From Patescibacteria group bacterium (GTDB lineage: Bacteria > Patescibacteriota > Patescibacteriia > JAXHNJ01): a DNA stretch of 64,000 bases. The stretch is from positions 179,166-243,165 of the forward strand of contig JAXHNJ010000002.1 in assembly GCA_034520665.1 (NCBI GenBank), read 5' to 3'. This document shows positions 19,675 through 31,000 of the stretch, piece by piece (the first letter of the stretch is position 1; each line of letters begins with the position of its first letter). A program made the position numbers and the translations under genes. Below the pieces are notes generated by a model. That model was not told where the DNA came from, searched no databases, and saw only the letters and a list, made by a program, of their open reading frames with translations.

Positions 19675-20181
19675 TTAATATTCAATACCTTTTCTTGCTT
19701 TTAATCCCTGGTCAAAATAATGCTTGTTTTTATTCATGATAGTTACCAAATCTGCTAGCTTAATAATTTTATCATGAGCGTTTCTTCCCGTCAAAACAAT
19801 CTCTGTGGATAAAGAATTATTTTTTAAAAACTTAATGAGTCTATCTTTTTTTATTAAACCAAAATCAAGGGCCACATTAATTTCATCTAATATTACTAAA
19901 TTATATTTTTTATTTTTAATTTTTTTAATGGCATAGGCCAAGCCTTTTTCGGCTCTTTCAAAATCTTCTTTTTTTATTTTGCTCTTATCAATAAATTTAT
20001 GGCTACCAAATTGTTTAATTTCTAAATTATTAAATTTTTTTAAGGCCTTAATTTCACTATAATCTCCTTTTTTCATAAACTGTATAATCAGGACTCGAAA
20101 ACCAGCTCCTAAGGCCCTTAAAGCTAAGCCTAAAGCAGCTGTAGTTTTTCCCTTACCTTCTCCCGTATAAACTTGAATCAT
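19675..20181 (-). CDS. btuR: Cob(I)alamin adenosyltransferase (CobO/BtuR/CobA type)
   Basis: MIQVYTGEGKGKTTAALG, QFMK, LDEIN, LTGR, RKGIEY. Confidence 0.93.
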   Translation of the reverse strand: MIQVYTGEGKGKTTAALGLALRALGAGFRVLIIQFMKKGDYSEIKALKKFNNLEIKQFGSHKFIDKSKIKKEDFERAEKGLAYAIKKIKNKKYNLVILDEINVALDFGLIKKDRLIKFLKNNSLSTEIVLTGRNAHDKIIKLADLVTIMNKNKHYFDQGLKARKGIEY

Positions 20182-20183
20182 AT

Positions 20184-22430
20184 TTAGCCTAATGAACAGG
20201 CTGACCAACCACAGTGCGGGCAGGTTTTACAGCCTTCTTTAATTTCCATAGTGGCTCCACACTCGGGGCATTTTGTTTTATCCACTATTTTTGATATTTT
20301 AACTTCCTGCTTGGTAGTCTCCTGACCAATTTCTTCTTCATTTTTATCTTTATTCTTTTCACCGGCTTCTATATTTAGAACCTGGGCTTCTCTTGAACGA
20401 TCTCTATAAATCGTTACTCCTTTACAATCTGCTTTAAAAGCCTTGAGATAAACCTCTTCTACATCTTCAGTGGTAGCTGAGTGAGGAAAATTAACCGTCT
20501 TAGAAACAGCGTTATCAGTGTATTTTTGAAAAGCGGCTTGCATTTTTATATGCTCTTCCGGAGTAATATCATGAGCCGTAACAAAAACTTTTTTTACCTT
20601 ATCCGGTATCTCAGAAAAATCCTGAATAGTGCCCTTTTCAGCAATTCTTTTCATTAAATTATCTGAATAAAAGCCTTCTTCCTTAGCTATTTTTTCAAAA
20701 CTAGGATTAACTTCAACCAATTCATCACCTTCATCCAGTAAATTTCTCCTGACATAAGAAATAGCAAAAAGTGGTTCAATACCAGAAGAACAGCCAGCGA
20801 TAATAGAAATAGTGCCGGTTGGAGCAATGGTAGTTAAAGTAGCATTACGCACTTTTTCTCCTTTTTTATCATTATAAATACTCTTGGCAAAGGCTGGAAA
20901 AGCTCCTCTAATTTTTGCCAGTTCCTTTGAAGCTTCTCGAGCTTTTTTAGTGATAAATTTCATAACCTTTTCTCCTGTTTTTAAAGCTTCTGAAGAATTA
21001 TAAGGTATTTCCAGCTGAATTAACATATCAGCAAAACCCATTACTCCTAAGCCTACTTTTCGATTTTTCTCCACTATTTCTTCAATTTTATCCAAAGGAT
21101 ACCGACTCATATCAATAACGTTATCCAGAAAATGAACCGCTTTTTCAACAGTTTTAGCTAATTTATCAAAATCAATTTTTTTATCTTTAACCATTTTAGA
21201 TAAATTAATTGAGCCAAGATTACAGGATTCATAAGGCAAAAGGGGTTGTTCACCACAAGGATTAGTTGATTCAATCTCTCCCTGTTCAGGCGTTGGATTT
21301 TTTTCATTGATACGATCAATAAAAATAATGCCCGGTTCACCGTTCTTCCAAGCCATAGTCACAATTAAATCGAAAATTTTTCTGGCGGAAAGTTTTGAAA
21401 CTACTAATTTGCTACGCGGATTAATTAATTCATAATCTTTATTTTTTTCTACCGCTTTCATAAATTTATCAGTAACAGCTACAGAAATATTAAAATTAGC
21501 CAACTCGCCTTCATTCTCCTTAGCGGTAATAAATTCCAAAATATCCGGATGGTCTACTTTTAATATAGCCATATTTGCTCCTCTTCGAGTGCCCCCTTGT
21601 TTTATAGCCTCGGTAGAAGCATTAAAAACTTTCATAAAAGAAATCGGTCCTGAGGCAATACCACCCGTGCTTTTTACCAGATCACCGTCCGGGCGAAGAC
21701 GAGAAAAAGAAAATCCCGTGCCGCCGCCTGACTGATGAATAATAGCCGTATTTTTAATGGTTTCAAAAATACCGCTGATCGAATCATCAACTGGCAAAAC
21801 AAAGCAGGCTGAAAGCTGTTGCAGATCTTTGCCCGCATTCATTAAAGTCGGCGAATTAGGTAAAAATTCAAAATTACTCATCATGTCATAGAATTTCTTG
21901 GCTGTCTGCTCAACATCAACTTCCTGATGATAAAGAGTTTTATAAAGTTTATCAGCATAAGCAATATTATTACCCACCCTTTTAAACATACCCGAAGGTG
22001 TTTCTGTGACATGACCCTCAGCGTCTTTGCGTAAATACCTCTTTTGCAAAACTGTCATAGCATTAGGCGTTGACTTAACCTTTACCTTATACCCTTTTAA
22101 CATTAGCTTGGCTTCTCTTATATTTTTATGCTTTTGACGATAAATAATATAAGCTTTAGCAATTTCTGCTTGACGATCTCTTATTAATACCTCTTCCACT
22201 ATATCCTGAACACCTTCCACAGTCGGAATTTCACTTTCTGATAACCTTTCCTGTAAAATAGTAGTTACTGTAGTAGCCAAGCGCTTGGAAAGACTTTTAT
22301 TACTTTTACCAATCGCTTTAGAACATTTAAAAATAGCCTCGGCAATATTTTTTCGATCAAAATCAACGATGCGGCCGTCGCGTTTTTTTATTTTTTTTAA
22401 TTTATTTTTCTTAAAAATTGAAGCTTCCAT
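20184..22430 (-). CDS. nrdJ: Class II (AdoCbl-dependent) ribonucleotide reductase with ATP-cone and C-terminal Zn ribbon
   Basis: IKKRDG ATP cone, [34 protein letters not shown]...CPHCG. Confidence 0.93.
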   Translation of the reverse strand: MEASIFKKNKLKKIKKRDGRIVDFDRKNIAEAIFKCSKAIGKSNKSLSKRLATTVTTILQERLSESEIPTVEGVQDIVEEVLIRDRQAEIAKAYIIYRQKHKNIREAKLMLKGYKVKVKSTPNAMTVLQKRYLRKDAEGHVTETPSGMFKRVGNNIAYADKLYKTLYHQEVDVEQTAKKFYDMMSNFEFLPNSPTLMNAGKDLQQLSACFVLPVDDSISGIFETIKNTAIIHQSGGGTGFSFSRLRPDGDLVKSTGGIASGPISFMKVFNASTEAIKQGGTRRGANMAILKVDHPDILEFITAKENEGELANFNISVAVTDKFMKAVEKNKDYELINPRSKLVVSKLSARKIFDLIVTMAWKNGEPGIIFIDRINEKNPTPEQGEIESTNPCGEQPLLPYESCNLGSINLSKMVKDKKIDFDKLAKTVEKAVHFLDNVIDMSRYPLDKIEEIVEKNRKVGLGVMGFADMLIQLEIPYNSSEALKTGEKVMKFITKKAREASKELAKIRGAFPAFAKSIYNDKKGEKVRNATLTTIAPTGTISIIAGCSSGIEPLFAISYVRRNLLDEGDELVEVNPSFEKIAKEEGFYSDNLMKRIAEKGTIQDFSEIPDKVKKVFVTAHDITPEEHIKMQAAFQKYTDNAVSKTVNFPHSATTEDVEEVYLKAFKADCKGVTIYRDRSREAQVLNIEAGEKNKDKNEEEIGQETTKQEVKISKIVDKTKCPECGATMEIKEGCKTCPHCGWSACSLG

Positions 22431-22556
22431 TTATTTAAATAGGTTAAAAAGGTTAAAAAAATTGACCCATAATAAAGGGCAAATTAAAATATTTTAAGAG
22501 TCAGGAAAAATAATTACAAAAATAACAAAATAAATATTTCCTGACTTTTAAAATTT

Positions 22557-23768
22557 TTACATCATTTTTTTTCTGATAAAGGCTGGTATTTCTAATTCTT
22601 CCTCTTCTTTTGTTTTTTTAGGAACTTTTTCTTGAGGCTTTTTATTCTTTTCTTCTTCTTTATAAAAGTTTTTTTGTTGGTTTTGTTGAATTTGTTGAGT
22701 TTGTGGTTTTGGCGGTTCGTTTCCCGGTTTTTCTTCAAAAGGACTAATGGTATTTCTTTCCACTTTCTTTACTGAGGAAGAGGAACCTTTACCAAAACCA
22801 GTAGCAATAACTGTTATCTTAATTTCGTCTCCTAAAGAATCATCTAATACTGAACCAAAAATAATTTTTGCCTCCGGATCAGCGGAACCAGTAATTACCC
22901 GGGCTGCTTCATTAACTTCATACATACTTAAATTAGGCCCTCCAGTGACTGTAAAGAGTATACCCCTAGCTCCATCAATAGAAAGTTCTAAAAGCGGGCT
23001 GTCAATAGCCGCCTTAGCCGCGTCAACTGCTCTATTTTCACCAGAAGCCTCACCAATACCCATAAGAGCTGAACCGGTATTTTCCATAATAGATTTAACG
23101 TCAGCAAAGTCAACATTAATTAAGCCAGGCACGGTAATCAAATCCGCAATACCTTGAACACCCTGTTTTAAAACATTATCTACCACTTTAAAAGAATCAA
23201 GCAGGCTGGTTTTTTTATCAATAATTTGTAATAAACGGTCATTAGGTATAGTAATCAAAGTATCTACTTTATCAGTCAAATTATCCAGTCCCCCTTCAGC
23301 AATCTGCATTCTTTGAGCACCTTCAAAAGAAAAAGGTTTGGTCACCACGGCCACTGTTAAAGCCCCGGCGTCTCGCGCTATTTCAGCAATAATCGGAGCC
23401 GCTCCAGTGCCAGTGCCGCCGCCTAAACCACAGGTAATAAAAACCATATCCGAGCCTTTTAAAGAGTCGTGAATTTCATCCTGGCTTTCCTCAGCGCTAG
23501 CCTGGCCTAATTCCGGATCCATACCGGCTCCTAGACCTCGGGTAGTGGTTTTACCAATATGTATCTTGTGAGGAGCGTTGGAATGATGAAGAGCTTGAGC
23601 ATCAGTATTAATGGCTGTAAATTCAATGCCCCTAATTCTGGAATCAATCATTCTTTTTATAGCCGCTCCACCAGATCCACCAACACCTAAAACTTTAATT
23701 TTAGCAAAAGTCTCCACTTCCGGCTTTACTTCCATAGAATTATTTTTTCTCTTTTTTTTATTGCTCAT
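22557..23768 (-). CDS. ftsZ: Cell division protein FtsZ
   Basis: GGGTGTG, NVDFADV, C-terminal LEIPAFIR. Confidence 0.98.
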   Translation of the reverse strand: MSNKKKRKNNSMEVKPEVETFAKIKVLGVGGSGGAAIKRMIDSRIRGIEFTAINTDAQALHHSNAPHKIHIGKTTTRGLGAGMDPELGQASAEESQDEIHDSLKGSDMVFITCGLGGGTGTGAAPIIAEIARDAGALTVAVVTKPFSFEGAQRMQIAEGGLDNLTDKVDTLITIPNDRLLQIIDKKTSLLDSFKVVDNVLKQGVQGIADLITVPGLINVDFADVKSIMENTGSALMGIGEASGENRAVDAAKAAIDSPLLELSIDGARGILFTVTGGPNLSMYEVNEAARVITGSADPEAKIIFGSVLDDSLGDEIKITVIATGFGKGSSSSVKKVERNTISPFEEKPGNEPPKPQTQQIQQNQQKNFYKEEEKNKKPQEKVPKKTKEEEELEIPAFIRKKMM

Positions 23769-23791
23769 ATAATTATTTTAATCTTAAAATA

Positions 23792-25036
23792 TTAAGGCCT
23801 TAAAGATTTAAACCATTCTTTCATTTTTTTAGTCACATTCGAAACAGAAGAAAAATTAGGTATGGAAAAATTAAAACCGCCCTTTTCCCGCAAAGCCAGA
23901 CCCCAGACCACTAGACCAATAGCTGTGCTAAAAGCCGGATCATTGGCCTTATCTATAGCTGAAACAAATTCTTGAGGTGAACCCACTGAACTAGGCAATC
24001 TAAATTCTTTTTTTGCCACTTTAATTAAACCGGGTAATTTAGCGCCGCCACCAGTTATAACCACTCCGGCCGGCAAAAGACCTGAACGGTCAATTTTCTG
24101 CAATTCTTTGTCAATCATTTTAAATATTTCCTCTAGTCTGGCCTCTATAATTTCAGCTACTTGTTTTTTAGAAACCTTATTATTATCTCCTCCTTCTAAT
24201 TCTCCCAAATTTATTTCTTCTCTCTTGCTGATATCATCGGGTAAAGCACTACCATATTCTAGTTTTATTTTTTCAGCTAAATCAATAGAAGTTCTAAGAC
24301 CAATAGCAATATCATTAGTAATATGAGAAGAACCAATGGGTAAGATTTTTGTATGTAAAACATCACCTTCTTCAAAAACTACCAATGAAGTAGTGCTACT
24401 GCCAATATTGACTAAAGCTACCCCAAGATTTTTTTGGCGTTTAGTTAAACAGCTTTCTGAGGAAGCTAAGACCCCTAAAACTAAATCTTCAATATCGACC
24501 CCGGTACGATAAACTGACTTGGTTAAATTTTTAATTTGGGAAGAAAGACCCTGGATAATCTGAGCCTCTACTTCCAGTCTGATGCCAGTCATACCGACCG
24601 GATCTTTAATACCTTTTTGATTATCAACCGTAAAACTTCGGGGAATAACATGTAATATTTCAAAATTAGGCGGCGTGGCTACGGCTTGAGCTGCTTCCAC
24701 CACTCTTTCTACGTCTTCTTCTTTTATTTCACCATCTGCCTTAGCTACCGCGATTACTCCATGACTATCTTGAGAATTAATATGAGAACCTGAAATACCA
24801 ACAAAAGCATTTTCTGCCGGTATACCGGTCATTCTTTCTACTTTTTCTAAACACTGGGAAATTGAGCTCACTGTTTCTTCAATACTAGTAACCACTCCTT
24901 TAGAAACTCCTTCTGAGGGCTGGCTAGCTAGGCCCATTATATGTAATTTTTCATCATTGGGATTTTTCTGGCCAACAACAGCTCTTATATAGGAAGAACC
25001 AATGTCTAGTCCAGTTATTATTTCTTCTTTTGCCAT
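23792..25036 (-). CDS. ftsA: Cell division protein FtsA
   Basis: GLDIGSS, ITNDIAIGL, VITGGGA; directly upstream of ftsZ. Confidence 0.97.
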   Translation of the reverse strand: MAKEEIITGLDIGSSYIRAVVGQKNPNDEKLHIMGLASQPSEGVSKGVVTSIEETVSSISQCLEKVERMTGIPAENAFVGISGSHINSQDSHGVIAVAKADGEIKEEDVERVVEAAQAVATPPNFEILHVIPRSFTVDNQKGIKDPVGMTGIRLEVEAQIIQGLSSQIKNLTKSVYRTGVDIEDLVLGVLASSESCLTKRQKNLGVALVNIGSSTTSLVVFEEGDVLHTKILPIGSSHITNDIAIGLRTSIDLAEKIKLEYGSALPDDISKREEINLGELEGGDNNKVSKKQVAEIIEARLEEIFKMIDKELQKIDRSGLLPAGVVITGGGAKLPGLIKVAKKEFRLPSSVGSPQEFVSAIDKANDPAFSTAIGLVVWGLALREKGGFNFSIPNFSSVSNVTKKMKEWFKSLRP

Positions 25037-25112
25037 ATTTATCTTTTAATACTTGAATTATTTAACTTTATTATAATATATTTTTTTGTTTTTGAAAAGT
25101 GATTTTAAATTA

Positions 25113-25478
25113 CTAACTAAAAACATAAGGCCAGAAAATTAAAACTCCAATAATTAAAGAGCCTAAGGAAGCTAAAAATACCATAGCGGCCATAAGATCC
25201 TTAATTACGGCCACATAATGGTGAATGCGCGGTTTTAAAATATCTACTACTTTTTCTAAAGTAGTATTAATCAACTCCAAAACTAAAACCAACAGAATTA
25301 ACAAGAAAAGAATTATAGCTTCAGCCCGGCTTATTTCAAAAACAAACATCAATATCACAACCACTAAAGCAATAAAGCTTTGAATACGAAAATTTTGTTC
25401 ATGGCGAAAAGTATAACGTATTCCTTTTAACGCGTATTTAAAGCTTTTAATTAATGTTTTTAGGTTTATAATGGGCAT
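25113..25478 (-). CDS. dgkA: Diacylglycerol/undecaprenol kinase family protein
   Basis: SFKYALKGI, EQNFR, ELINTTLEKVVD, KDLMAA. Confidence 0.9.
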   Translation of the reverse strand: MPIINLKTLIKSFKYALKGIRYTFRHEQNFRIQSFIALVVVILMFVFEISRAEAIILFLLILLVLVLELINTTLEKVVDILKPRIHHYVAVIKDLMAAMVFLASLGSLIIGVLIFWPYVFS

Positions 25479-25486
25479 AACTCTAA

Positions 25487-25936
25487 CTAGCCTACGGTTT
25501 TTATTAATTCATCTTCAATTCCCTCCATAAGCTTTCTTTCTTTTTTATTTTTGTGTTTATAGCCTAATAAATGTAATAATCCGTGAATGGTTAACTTTTT
25601 CAATCTGTCTTCCAGTTTTTCATCAATTTTATCAGCTTCTTCTTTAGCTTTCCTAGGACAGATAAATATTTCTCCTAATACATTATTTTTCAAAGGAATT
25701 TCAAAAAAAGTATTTTTATTTTTTTTCTCAGAAAAATGAAAGGTTAGAACACTGGTAGCTTTATCCTTTTTACGATAAGTTTTATTAAGTTCTTTAATTT
25801 TTTTCTTATCAACTAAAACTAGGGAGATCTGTTTTTTTATTTTTTTATCAAGTTTTTTAAGAGATTTCTCTATAACTTTTTCAAAAAAATCTTTTTTATA
25901 AGAAGTTTCAATTAAAGCCGTAAAATTAACTGGCAT
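25487..25936 (-). CDS. ybeY: rRNA maturation RNase YbeY
   Basis: LNKTYRKKDKAT, HGLLHLLGYKH. Confidence 0.92.
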   Translation of the reverse strand: MPVNFTALIETSYKKDFFEKVIEKSLKKLDKKIKKQISLVLVDKKKIKELNKTYRKKDKATSVLTFHFSEKKNKNTFFEIPLKNNVLGEIFICPRKAKEEADKIDEKLEDRLKKLTIHGLLHLLGYKHKNKKERKLMEGIEDELIKTVG

Positions 25937-27500
25937 TAGTATTTTGATTCTGATTGCTGTTTGTAGTTGAAGAAAGTAATTTGAAGCTCTGATACATCAT
26001 TTCAAAAGTAGTTTGATAATTTACTGCCGATAAATTACCGACATTATAATTTATTAGATATATTTTATCTTCTTTTCCCAAATAAACAGTGGTTTTATCT
26101 GGTGTTAATATTCCACTAAGTCCATTGACCACTATTTCTTCAAGTTGAGAAGTCTCTATATTGGGATTAAGAGAAAGATACCACTGCTCTGCTGAAAGCC
26201 GGGATGTATTTTCTTCAACTGTTACCTGCACGTATTCAACCGTGGAAATATCCGGCGAAAACATAATATTTTTTTCACCAGTGCTGGCACTCATCTGGGT
26301 AGCTGTCCATTTGCTGGGGTAAAGCAAGCTCCATTTGTAAGTATCATTAGTGTATTGCTCCGTAGAATCTGAAGTTGACAATTTTTTATCTTTAACCGTA
26401 GGATCATAACCTAAGTAGAGCTCACCCACAATATCTCCGGAAGATAATGTATTTTTACCGTCAATATAACCATCACCATCAGTGTCAGGGGTATTTTTAC
26501 CAGTATTCCAAAGATTCTCCTCTACGTCTGTTAGTCCATCTCCGTCATCGTCATTAGTAGAAGATAAAGGGATGGTGCTGGTATTAGTATTAGTACTAGT
26601 ATTAGTATTAACATTATTATTGCCGTTGAGATTGGCATTAGAATTAATATTAGTATTATTATTTATATTAGCATTTGAATTACCGTTTAAATTTAAGCTA
26701 CCTTCATCTTTAAGCAATTTAAAGGATTTAATAGATTCTTCAAAAATATCTTCATATTTTGAAATTTCATCTTCTGTTGAATACATAATACTTACTTGAG
26801 TATTTTGATAGACTATAAAAGCCATAAGTCCTTTAATTTCTGTTTGATTTAGGGTACCGCCACCTAATACAATTAAAGATTCTCTTCCGTCTATTGTGGT
26901 CTCTTCGGAAGTTTCAACACTAAAGGTACTACCCTTTTCACTGCTTAAAAATTCATCTTTCATACTTTCAGCATCCAAAACAGATTCACTCTTATCTTCA
27001 ATGGTAACCGTGCCCAAAGTAATTTCATCAAGAGCGGAAGGAGTAAAAGAAATAGTATTATTATTCATAGTATTCGCCTCCCAATTTGATGGATATTTTA
27101 TTGAAAAAACCGAATTAGGGTCACCATATTCTTTTAAAGTAATACTTACATTCGCATTTAAATTACTGTTTGAATTAGAATTAAGATTATCACTACTATT
27201 AGAATTATTAACCACTACATTTTTATTATCCTCCGGTGAAGAAAGTTTCTGAAAAAGATAAGCAGCCCCGACAGCTATACCGGCAAAGAGAAAAACAGAG
27301 ACAACAATAATTATTATTTTTTTCTTTTTACTGCTTCCACCCTTTTTTGAAGTATCACGAAATTTTTTGGGCATAGTATAAACATCTTTAGAGTTTTCTG
27401 GTGAACTTGCTTCTTTTTCCTGGTTCGCTTCAGAAGACTCCTCTATTGAAGGAGGGGTGGGTCTGCTTTGATTATCATTTTGATTTTTATTATCAAACAT
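25926..27500 (-). CDS. Membrane-anchored surface protein with PsbP-like domains, Asn/Thr-rich linker and TSP3-type Ca-binding repeats
   Basis: One TM helix, FSIKYPSNW and WSLLYPSKW, DDDGDGLTDVEE, DTDGDGYIDG. Confidence 0.75.
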   Translation of the reverse strand: MFDNKNQNDNQSRPTPPSIEESSEANQEKEASSPENSKDVYTMPKKFRDTSKKGGSSKKKKIIIIVVSVFLFAGIAVGAAYLFQKLSSPEDNKNVVVNNSNSSDNLNSNSNSNLNANVSITLKEYGDPNSVFSIKYPSNWEANTMNNNTISFTPSALDEITLGTVTIEDKSESVLDAESMKDEFLSSEKGSTFSVETSEETTIDGRESLIVLGGGTLNQTEIKGLMAFIVYQNTQVSIMYSTEDEISKYEDIFEESIKSFKLLKDEGSLNLNGNSNANINNNTNINSNANLNGNNNVNTNTSTNTNTSTIPLSSTNDDDGDGLTDVEENLWNTGKNTPDTDGDGYIDGKNTLSSGDIVGELYLGYDPTVKDKKLSTSDSTEQYTNDTYKWSLLYPSKWTATQMSASTGEKNIMFSPDISTVEYVQVTVEENTSRLSAEQWYLSLNPNIETSQLEEIVVNGLSGILTPDKTTVYLGKEDKIYLINYNVGNLSAVNYQTTFEMMYQSFKLLSSTTNSNQNQNTNAS

Positions 27501-27525
27501 ATTATTTTTATATTAATTTCTTAAT

Positions 27526-28056
27526 TTATGATTGGTTATTATTAATATTTTCAATAGCTGAATTTGTATTAAATAATTGGCCTTCACCATTAGGGTTGTA
27601 GTTTTTATCCACCTCTTCCCCGTCAGAAAAACCGTCACCATCAGTATCTTTATTTTTTGGATCAGTTTTATATATATATACTTCTTCATAATCACTGAGG
27701 CCGTCCGAGTCTGTATCCGCTTTTTTTATATCAGTGCCCAGTTCTTTTTCTTTATCATTAGAAAGTCCGTCCCGATCATCATCATCAGTTTCTTCTTTAA
27801 TTATAATTGTCTGGTTGGTTAAAGACGGTCTAAAAGACGGTCTATTAGTGTTTAAATTTACTTCCTTATCATTAACAGCCGTTGTATTCTCATTCAAGTT
27901 TTCTGCTTCTGATCCACTGAAATATAAATACAAGCCAGCTGATAAACCCAAAACTATTATTAATGTCACTATTATTATAAGTAATTTTTTTCGGCCTGTA
28001 AAAGAAGACTGGGCTATATCCTCTTCAGAGGGTTCATTAGAATTAATTTGATCCAT
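27526..28056 (-). CDS. Membrane-anchored protein with bacterial TSP3 (DTDGDG) repeats
   Basis: DxDGLSDxxE repeated three times. Confidence 0.8.
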   Translation of the reverse strand: MDQINSNEPSEEDIAQSSFTGRKKLLIIIVTLIIVLGLSAGLYLYFSGSEAENLNENTTAVNDKEVNLNTNRPSFRPSLTNQTIIIKEETDDDDRDGLSNDKEKELGTDIKKADTDSDGLSDYEEVYIYKTDPKNKDTDGDGFSDGEEVDKNYNPNGEGQLFNTNSAIENINNNQS

Positions 28057-28081
28057 ATTATTATAAAATTAATTTTTTATT

Positions 28082-31000
28082 TTAAGGGCTGGAAACCCAA
28101 TAATCAAAACTATCACAAGAAGCTGAGGAAATACTGTCACATATATCAAATTCACTGGTACTAGCATCCCAATAAGTGTTATCTGTCTCAAGATTAACAT
28201 ATAAATTATAATTTACCCCGTGATCAGTTTGATAGGCATAAATAGAAGAACCGGAGCTGCAAAGAAATTCTTTATTCTCTTCATCCCAGCAGGTATTAGG
28301 CGGAAAACTAGGACAAATAGCTTCATTTAAAGGATCAACTGGTAAACTCTTGCCTAAAGCATTACCTAAACTAGCCTGCCAGGAAGGCCATATAGAAGTG
28401 CTCATATTAGAAATATAACTGCCGGATTCTAACATAGGATAGGGTGCTTCAATTTCTTCTATTTTAAAATCATCAACCCAAGCCACATCATTACTCTCCA
28501 CAACACCTCTATGTCGGGCTATAAATCTGATTGAACGATCAGCTTTATTGGCATAAACAATATTAGTTATTTTTGTCCAATCATTATCACCATAAATATA
28601 ATCCGTATGACTGTTTAGATCACAACCTGTCCAGTCAAAGCTATGAATACTGGTTATTAAACATTCCGAATGAATTTCAAATCCTAAATCACCCGTATCA
28701 TCGTTATCATCTGTATCATCGTGATCATCTGTTTTTACCCAAGCTGTAAGTTTATAGGTTTTACCATAAGTAACCGGAACATCCTGAAGAACATAACGGC
28801 GACTAGCCGCAAGATCCGACGAATCGTAGGTACCACCCTTTAATTCCACAGAATTATTTCCTGTATGGGCTTGGCTGGAATCAACATTAACCTCTGACGA
28901 AAAAGAACCAGGTGTTTCCCAAACTTGTTCATCAGTGGAACTCACAATAGTATAAACATCTTCAAATCCAGGGCTATTAACAAGATTTGTTTCAGAAGAA
29001 CTTGGCTGATTAGCCCGATAATCTTCAAGATAACCAGTGATAGTCCTTAAATCAGCAATTCTTTTTAAATCCCTGATAATCTTTTCTTTTTCCCCAGCCG
29101 TAGTAATATTTGTATTAAAAGTCCAATAGTCAATTAACTGATCATATATATTTTTTATTTTTGAATCAGCCCCTTTATTATAGGAAATTAGATATATATT
29201 TGAATAAAGTGTACCACTGTCATAATTTGTAGCTCCAACATACACCGTTCTTCCGTCACGCACGGCCCGGTAACCGTCTACTGTAGTAGACTGGGGAGAG
29301 CCTTGATCTTTTATATTTTGTTTATACCATTCTTGCGGAGTCAGCGCCTCCGGGTTAGCATAAATACGAATACCAATGCCATCATCAGTTACTTCACAAG
29401 TGCCGCTTGTACAATTTAAAGGACTGCTAGGGTCCTTCGAACATCTTTGATGGCCTTCAGAACAACGGCCTGATTCTTTGAATAAATATTGTTTTAAAAC
29501 GTCGCCGGATTCTCCTCTGACTACGCTCATATCTAAATCCGGTAAAATATTACTGGAAAATTGACATTTTTGTCCGACATAATCACTGCAACATTCTTCA
29601 TCAGTCGGACAAGAAGTTTGATAATCCAAAGTGCAAACTGTATTAGTGGTTCCCTCACAAACGCCATAATCACCCCGGCAATAAAATAATTTAAAATTAT
29701 AATCATTACTACAACCGTCCGCGTTAATATCACAGTTACTAGCTGCTTCTTCAAATTCCCAGGGCATATCACAAAAAATTACTTCAATTTCAGCACTGGC
29801 TTTTTTACTGCCAGTCCAGCCCGTACCAGCTTGGGCTTCACTTCTAAGCCAGGTCTGGCCATTTTTTACTGGACTAGCTGTTTGAATAGGGTTAGCCGTA
29901 CAAATACCGTCCGGACAATCATCATTATTAACACAACTATCACCGTCATAAGTACCACCATTACATTTAAGATCATTGTTTACAGTAGCAATATCTTTAT
30001 TATCCATAGACCAATGCCAAGCCCAATCATAAACCCCTAATATTGATTGAATAGAATTGTCATTATCATCATAAGCTGAAGCAGTAAAATCTCGGGTTTC
30101 AGTTTTACTGGTAAACATATGATGAGAAGGATTTAAATCAATATAATCAATTTCACAAGGATCATTAGTATCAGCCGTGGTAAAACTAAAACTATCAGCT
30201 ACCATAGAAACGCCCTTAGTATTTTCAATATCATTAGTAAGATTAACAGTATAAGTAGTACTGCCCTTTAATAAGTCATTAAGATTTATTCTCACCCTGT
30301 CATCATAAGAGCTAATAGTATATGAAGCCACTCCGCCCGTTAATGTAATATTTGAATCATTCAAAGTGCTTTGATCCATATTCTGATCAAAATTTACTTC
30401 AATTAAATTATTTAAACAAACATTTGGCTCTCCGTCAGTTGGAATGGTACTACTAACTGATGGCCGGTCATAACAACAGCCGTCATCACCACAGCCCTGG
30501 CCAACCGGACAATCACCGTCATTATTACAAATATCACAAGAAGGGGGTCTAACTGTAAAAGGCCAGGTGTTACTGGCAACTCCGTCATTAAAAAGCTGTA
30601 TATTTCCGGTTTCCGCGCCTAAAGGCACGGTTGTTTCCACCATTGTATCATTAGCCCAGGAAACATAATTTGTAACATCTACCCCATCATGAAAAGTAAC
30701 TCGGTCTTCGTCAATTGGTAGGGCGTCTCTAGAACTGCCAAAATTTTTACCCTTTATTTCTACATCGGTAATATTTTCCTTGCCTAGGTTGGGATTAAGA
30801 GCGCAAATACCCGGCCTAACCGTGGAATTCACCTCAAAATAACCATCCGTAAGTACATAAGGAGCCGTGGTAAAATCACTGCTTTCAATACTATAGCTAT
30901 ACCCGCTGGCTAGATCTCCGCCTCTTACGCGAAAAGGATGATCTCCAGAGTCAGCATCATCGCTAAGATCAGCCGTTTTGCTGTTAGGCACTTCCCTTAA

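Noticed and set aside
20184-22430. Intein or intron in nrdJ
   Set aside because: The protein is of normal length with contiguous catalytic motifs and no splicing signatures.
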